The notes below the pieces were generated by a model. The model ran no database searches and had not been told where the DNA came from. It saw only the letters and a program-made list of their open reading frames with translations. From positions 1 through 64,000 of the forward strand of contig JABWCP010000007.1 of the NCBI GenBank assembly GCA_013360215.1: DNA of 64,000 nt, written 5' to 3'. Source of the DNA: a bacterium. GTDB taxonomy: Bacteria; CLD3; SB21. A program made the position numbers and the translations under genes. Positions 59,352-64,000 of this stretch are shown here, one piece after another. Each line of letters opens with the position of its first letter. Position 1 is the first letter of the stretch.

Positions 59352-59385
59352 AAGCGAGTATTTTAAATAATACTCGCTTTTTTGT
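59352..59385 (+). terminator. Intrinsic terminator
   Basis: AAGCGAGTATT-ttaaat-AATACTCGCTT then T-run. Confidence 0.8.
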
Positions 59386-59489
59386 TTTATAGCGGGGATT
59401 TCAGTAGAAGCGTCGGCGTATGCTTTTATATTTTGAATAAATCCGTCTTTGTAGCTATACTGGCCTTCCAAAAAATAGAGAAACAGGTA

Positions 59490-62129
59490 ATGTCCGCTCC
59501 CAAAGATTCGACGCCGCTCATGCGGCAATATTTTGAGATCAAAGCCAAGTATCGCGATACGATTCTTTTGTATCGCATGGGAGACTTTTACGAAACGTTT
59601 GACGAAGATGCGCGTACAGTGCATAAAGTTCTCGGTATCACTCTGACCAAACGCTCCAACGGCAAAGCGTCCGAAGTAGCGCTGGCAGGTTTTCCTTATC
59701 ATGCGCTGGATAGTTATCTGCCTAAATTGATACGTGCAGGATTTCGGGTCGCCGTGTGTGAACAAATGGAAGATCCGAAAGCGGCTAAAGGCATAGTCAA
59801 ACGTGATGTGACGGAAATCGTCACGCCGGGTACAACGCTTTCCGAAAAAATATTAGACCAAAAGACCAATAATTTTCTCGCTACGGTCGTCACCGAACGT
59901 CGCGACGACCAAACAATATTTGGCTTGGCGTTAGCTGACGCTTCGACGGGGGAGTTTTTTGTCGGAGAATTTCGTGAAAAGGAATTTCTGGATCAGCTTA
60001 ATTTGTTTATTCCGGCAGAAATGGTTGTTCCTTTTTCTCTGTATGAAAACATGCGCATGTTGCTCAACCGCATCAAACATCGTAGTGTTCTCACGCGTCA
60101 GGAAGATTGGTTATTTTCTTTTCAATATGCGCACGACGTTTTGATGGCGCATTTTAAGACGCATTCGCTCAAAGGGTTCGGCGTGCAGGATTTTACGGTC
60201 GGCCTCTGTGCCGCCGGAGCCGGACTGCATTACCTGCGTGAAACTCAACGTACCGATGTCGGTAATGTTCGTCACATTGGTCGATTGGATGATGCAACCT
60301 ACATGACCTTGGATGCGGTCACTCTGCGTAATTTGGAAATACTGCAAGCTACTGCAGACGGTTACACGCACGGAGGGCTTTTTTCCGTACTCGATCATAC
60401 CGAAACGGCCATGGGTGGCCGCATGCTCAAACAATGGGTAGTGCGTCCTCTGAAACATACCGAAAATATTCGGAAAAGATTGGATGCGGTAGAAGAATTG
60501 ACCGCCGAGCATGGCGCACGGGACAAAGTGCGACAAACGTTGTCGCGCATCATGGACCTCGAAAGAATCATCGCCAAGGTGTGTGCCGGGCGCGTCAATC
60601 CGCGCGAAATTCGTGCGTTGTGCGAATCGCTCAAGCAGATTCCCGAATTGATAAATAACCTATCCAATTTTAAATCCGACGCGATACGCGGTGCAGTGCA
60701 GGCGATACATGTATTAGACCAACTGACGGATCATATTGATAACGCCTTGGTGAACGAACCCTCGGTACAAATCAAAGACGGACAGGTTATTCGTGAAGGG
60801 TACAATGAAGAATTGGACGTGTTGCGTCGAATGGCTTTTGACGGGAAAAGTTATATAGCCGGTATTCAGCAACGCGAACGCGAACGTACAGGGATCGCAT
60901 CGTTGAAAGTACAATTTAATAATGTCTTCGGTTATTACATAGAAATCACCCACACGCATAAAGACAAAGTGCCGCCGGATTATATCCGTAAGCAAACGAT
61001 GACGAATGCGGAACGATTTATCACACCGGAGCTGAAAGAATACGAAGAAAAAATTCTTACCGCGGAAGATAAAATAATTCGCATCGAAACGGAATTATTT
61101 GATGCAATACGCAAAACCGTGGCGCAAACGGCAGCAGAAATTCAAATCAATGCACAACGGATTGCAGAACTGGATTGTTATGCTTCGCTGGCCGAAGCGG
61201 CGGTACAAAATAAATATGTCAAGCCTGTCGTTGACGATAGCGCAGCACTTGTCATCAAAGCGGGACGTCATCCTGTAGTCGAACGTATTCTTCCCCCGGA
61301 TGCGCCTTTTGTTCCCAACGATCTGCAGATGAATGAAGAAGAGCAAATACATCTGATAACCGGCCCTAACATGGCAGGAAAAAGCTGTTATCTGAGGCAA
61401 GTAGGATTGATCGTATTACTGGCGCAGGTTGGAAGTTTTGTGCCGGCACAGTCGGCGGAGATCGGCATTACGGATAAAATCTTTACGCGCGTCGGGGCTT
61501 CGGATAATTTACTCGGCGGTGAAAGTACGTTCCTTGTCGAAATGAATGAAACGGCGAATATCCTGAATAATGCCACGTCGCGCAGTCTTATTCTTTTAGA
61601 TGAAATAGGTCGCGGTACAAGCACTTTTGACGGGTTGTCCATTGCTTGGGCCATTACCGAATATTTGCATCAACACCCGGCCATACGTCCGAAAACCCTG
61701 TTTGCAACCCATTATCATGAATTGATAGAACTCGAAGAGCTTCTCCCGCGCGTAAAAAATTACAATATGATGGTAAAAAAATACGATGATAAAATTGTTT
61801 TCGTGCGTAAAATCGTCCGCGGCGGAAGTGACCATTCATATGGCATTGAGGTAGCCAAACTCGCGGGGTTGCCGGCATCGGTGATTACCCGTGCACGAGA
61901 AGTCATGGGTAATTTGGAATCGCACAACATTTCGGCGCACAAAGATAAATCCGAACTCGCGGGCACATCCGGCGATCAGAGTACGCAGGCTCAATTTACG
62001 TTATTTGAAGATGGTATGGGTTTACGTTTAAAAACCGCATTAGAAAATCTGGATGTTAACAGTCTCACGCCGCTGGATGCGCTCAATCATCTGAACAAGC
62101 TCAAAGCCATTCTTACTGAACAACCTTAG
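59490..62129 (+). CDS. mutS: DNA mismatch repair protein MutS
   Basis: TPLMRQY..RMGDFYE, GRHPVVE, TGPNMAGKS, DEIGRGTST, ATHYHEL, SYGIEVA; start moved to Met37. Confidence 0.97.
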   Translation: MSAPKDSTPLMRQYFEIKAKYRDTILLYRMGDFYETFDEDARTVHKVLGITLTKRSNGKASEVALAGFPYHALDSYLPKLIRAGFRVAVCEQMEDPKAAKGIVKRDVTEIVTPGTTLSEKILDQKTNNFLATVVTERRDDQTIFGLALADASTGEFFVGEFREKEFLDQLNLFIPAEMVVPFSLYENMRMLLNRIKHRSVLTRQEDWLFSFQYAHDVLMAHFKTHSLKGFGVQDFTVGLCAAGAGLHYLRETQRTDVGNVRHIGRLDDATYMTLDAVTLRNLEILQATADGYTHGGLFSVLDHTETAMGGRMLKQWVVRPLKHTENIRKRLDAVEELTAEHGARDKVRQTLSRIMDLERIIAKVCAGRVNPREIRALCESLKQIPELINNLSNFKSDAIRGAVQAIHVLDQLTDHIDNALVNEPSVQIKDGQVIREGYNEELDVLRRMAFDGKSYIAGIQQRERERTGIASLKVQFNNVFGYYIEITHTHKDKVPPDYIRKQTMTNAERFITPELKEYEEKILTAEDKIIRIETELFDAIRKTVAQTAAEIQINAQRIAELDCYASLAEAAVQNKYVKPVVDDSAALVIKAGRHPVVERILPPDAPFVPNDLQMNEEEQIHLITGPNMAGKSCYLRQVGLIVLLAQVGSFVPAQSAEIGITDKIFTRVGASDNLLGGESTFLVEMNETANILNNATSRSLILLDEIGRGTSTFDGLSIAWAITEYLHQHPAIRPKTLFATHYHELIELEELLPRVKNYNMMVKKYDDKIVFVRKIVRGGSDHSYGIEVAKLAGLPASVITRAREVMGNLESHNISAHKDKSELAGTSGDQSTQAQFTLFEDGMGLRLKTALENLDVNSLTPLDALNHLNKLKAILTEQP

Positions 62130-64000
62130 CCGATCTGACTCAAATCCATCCGATCACGGTACGCCTCCAAAAATTTTTTCCGAACGGTTTTATGGGTAGC
62201 GCTACGCAGTTGCGGATCAAGATTTACTATCGTAAAGGCGGCCTCTTTGGCAAGCGCCATCAATTCGCGATCTTCCACAATATTGGCTAAACGCAGTTCC
62301 GGCATGCCGGATTGTTTGGTTCCAAAAAATTCACCCGGTCCTCGCAGTCGCAAATCTTCTTCCGCTATTTTAAATCCATCCGTCGTTTCTTCCATGATAC
62401 GCAGTCGTTGTTCGGTTTCTTCCATCAGGTGATGTTTGCCGACCATCAGTATGCAGTACGATTGATCGGCGCCGCGACCTACACGTCCGCGCAACTGGTG
62501 CATTTGGGTAAGCCCAAAGCGTTCGGCATGTTCGATGACCATGATCGTCGCGTTGGGGACGTTGACACCGACTTCGATCACCGTGGTGCTCACGAGTATG
62601 TCCATAGCTTTCTTTTTGAAGTCGGCCATGACAGCTTGCTTTTCAGCGCTGCTCATTTTGCCGTGCAGCAATCCCAATTTCAGGTCGGGAAATTCGTCGG
62701 TTTGCAAGTGTTCAAAATTTTCGGTGGCCGCCTTCAAATCTAATTTTTCTGATTCTTCGATGAGCGGATAGACAATATAACATTGCCGCCCGTTGCGGAT
62801 TTCCTGGCGTATGAATTCGTAAATTTTCTTTCGCGCATCTTCGCGACGAATCGCCGTTTTGATGGGTTTACGTCCGGTGGGCAGTTCGCCGATCACGGAA
62901 ATGTCCAGATCGCCGTACATCGCCATGGCCAAGGTGCGGGGAATCGGTGTGGCCGTCATGACCAGTACATCGGGGATAATGCCTTTATCCAGAGCTTTGG
63001 CACGAATTTCTGCTCGTTGCATGACACCGAATCGGTGCTGTTCGTCAATTACGACCAACCCTAATTTGGCAAACTCCACATGTTCCTGAAAAATCGCATG
63101 CGTACCGACAACGATATCAACCTGGCGTGTTCGGATGTCTTCGATGATTTTATTGCGCTCTGATTTTTTCTGCCCGCCTTTGATCAGCACCGCCTGGATA
63201 CCCATACCCCATAGATAATCCTGAATGACATAGTAGTGTTGCTCGGCGAGAATTTCCGTCGGCGCCATAAAAGCGGCCTGGTAACCGCTTTCGACGGCCG
63301 ATACGATGGCCAATAACGCTACGACGGTCTTACCGCTGCCGACGTCACCTTGGATCAATCGGTGCATCGGTTTGTCGGAGCGCATATCGGCATAAATTTC
63401 CTTGAGTACTTTGCGCTGTTCGTCGGTGAGTTTAAATGGTAATTTTTCGGCGAGCATTTTGGCTTTATCACCGGAATTAATAAATGGAATGCCGATTTGT
63501 GCATGGATGATCTGGCTTTTGCGGAAAGCCATCATGAGTTGAAGGTAAAATAATTCCTCAAATTTTATACGACGGACAGCGTCGGCAAGATCCTCGTGCG
63601 TGGAAGGATAATGAATATGGCGTAATGTTTTATCCAGCGGGGCAAGGGATAAATTATGAAGAAGTGATGCCGGTAACGTGTCTTCGACAAGGGATGCACA
63701 GTCCAGTACGGTAAAAATCAATCGCCGAAAACCGCGGCTGTCAAAACCCATACGCTTGAGCGATTCGGATGAAGGGTACTGCGGGATAATCGAGCCCGTA
63801 TGCATGAAGTTAACATTTTCATCGGCGTCCAGGCGATCAATTTCCGGATGTGCGATTTGTATTTCCCGATTGTAATAATCAATCTTGCCGTACACCGCTA
63901 ATGTTTCGCCGACTTCAAATGCTTTTTCGAAATACTGTGCTCCACGAAACCATACCAAGCTGATGGAGCCGGTCGGATCACTAAGAATGAGCCTAAAACG
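62126..64000 (-). CDS. recG: ATP-dependent DNA helicase RecG (5' end outside window)
   Basis: QGDVGSGKT, APTEILAEQH, DEQHRFG, TATPIPRT, HQLRGRVGRG, DLRLRGPGE; frame open to window edge. Confidence 0.97.
   Translation of the reverse strand, partial: RFRLILSDPTGSISLVWFRGAQYFEKAFEVGETLAVYGKIDYYNREIQIAHPEIDRLDADENVNFMHTGSIIPQYPSSESLKRMGFDSRGFRRLIFTVLDCASLVEDTLPASLLHNLSLAPLDKTLRHIHYPSTHEDLADAVRRIKFEELFYLQLMMAFRKSQIIHAQIGIPFINSGDKAKMLAEKLPFKLTDEQRKVLKEIYADMRSDKPMHRLIQGDVGSGKTVVALLAIVSAVESGYQAAFMAPTEILAEQHYYVIQDYLWGMGIQAVLIKGGQKKSERNKIIEDIRTRQVDIVVGTHAIFQEHVEFAKLGLVVIDEQHRFGVMQRAEIRAKALDKGIIPDVLVMTATPIPRTLAMAMYGDLDISVIGELPTGRKPIKTAIRREDARKKIYEFIRQEIRNGRQCYIVYPLIEESEKLDLKAATENFEHLQTDEFPDLKLGLLHGKMSSAEKQAVMADFKKKAMDILVSTTVIEVGVNVPNATIMVIEHAERFGLTQMHQLRGRVGRGADQSYCILMVGKHHLMEETEQRLRIMEETTDGFKIAEEDLRLRGPGEFFGTKQSGMPELRLANIVEDRELMALAKEAAFTIVNLDPQLRSATHKTVRKKFLEAYRDRMDLSQIG

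Noticed and set aside
1-64000. tRNA, rRNA, IS/integrase, prophage or defence genes
   Set aside because: No such motifs or ORFs were recognised by eye and intergenic gaps are short; a covariance-model scan would be needed to exclude small RNAs, especially in 46744-47159

Overview
Bacterial chromosomal window. The rpoA, ribosomal-protein, DUF5683/DUF5686 and LytTR content looks like an FCB-superphylum organism (Ignavibacteria/Calditrichota/KSB1-like); this is an inference from recalled sequence resemblance. The window opens with the end of the spc/alpha ribosomal operon (map-infA-rpmJ-rpsM-rpsK-rpsD-rpoA-rplQ), followed by an unexplained Lys-rich, Cys/His ORF before the terminator. Next come signalling and housekeeping genes (TPR-LytS/LytTR, STAS, HDAC, kinases, a divergent CofG-like radical SAM protein, upp, RsbW-like, mnmA, panB), an ECF sigma/anti-sigma module with mirror-image promoters and a serine-ladder repeat protein, and a BNR-propeller plus MoaD/ThiS pair. 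The main feature is an about 10 kb, tightly coupled anaerobic benzoyl-CoA dearomatisation operon on the minus strand: had-oah-dch-SDR-bcrC-bcrB-bcrA(short)-bcrD-hemerythrin-small CxxC protein-thiolase. It has a PaaR-like palindrome and an FNR-like box upstream and no ferredoxin or CoA-ligase gene. It is followed by a persulfide dioxygenase/rhodanese/ArsR cluster, a diheme cytochrome c, idh, a GlmU N-terminal-only transferase, panC, ansA, rpmB, four orphan exported proteins, mutS and a partial recG. I saw no rRNA, tRNA, CRISPR array or mobile element. All calls are by eye from motifs; no database search was run. Where the ORF track starts too far upstream I moved the start to a better-supported codon.
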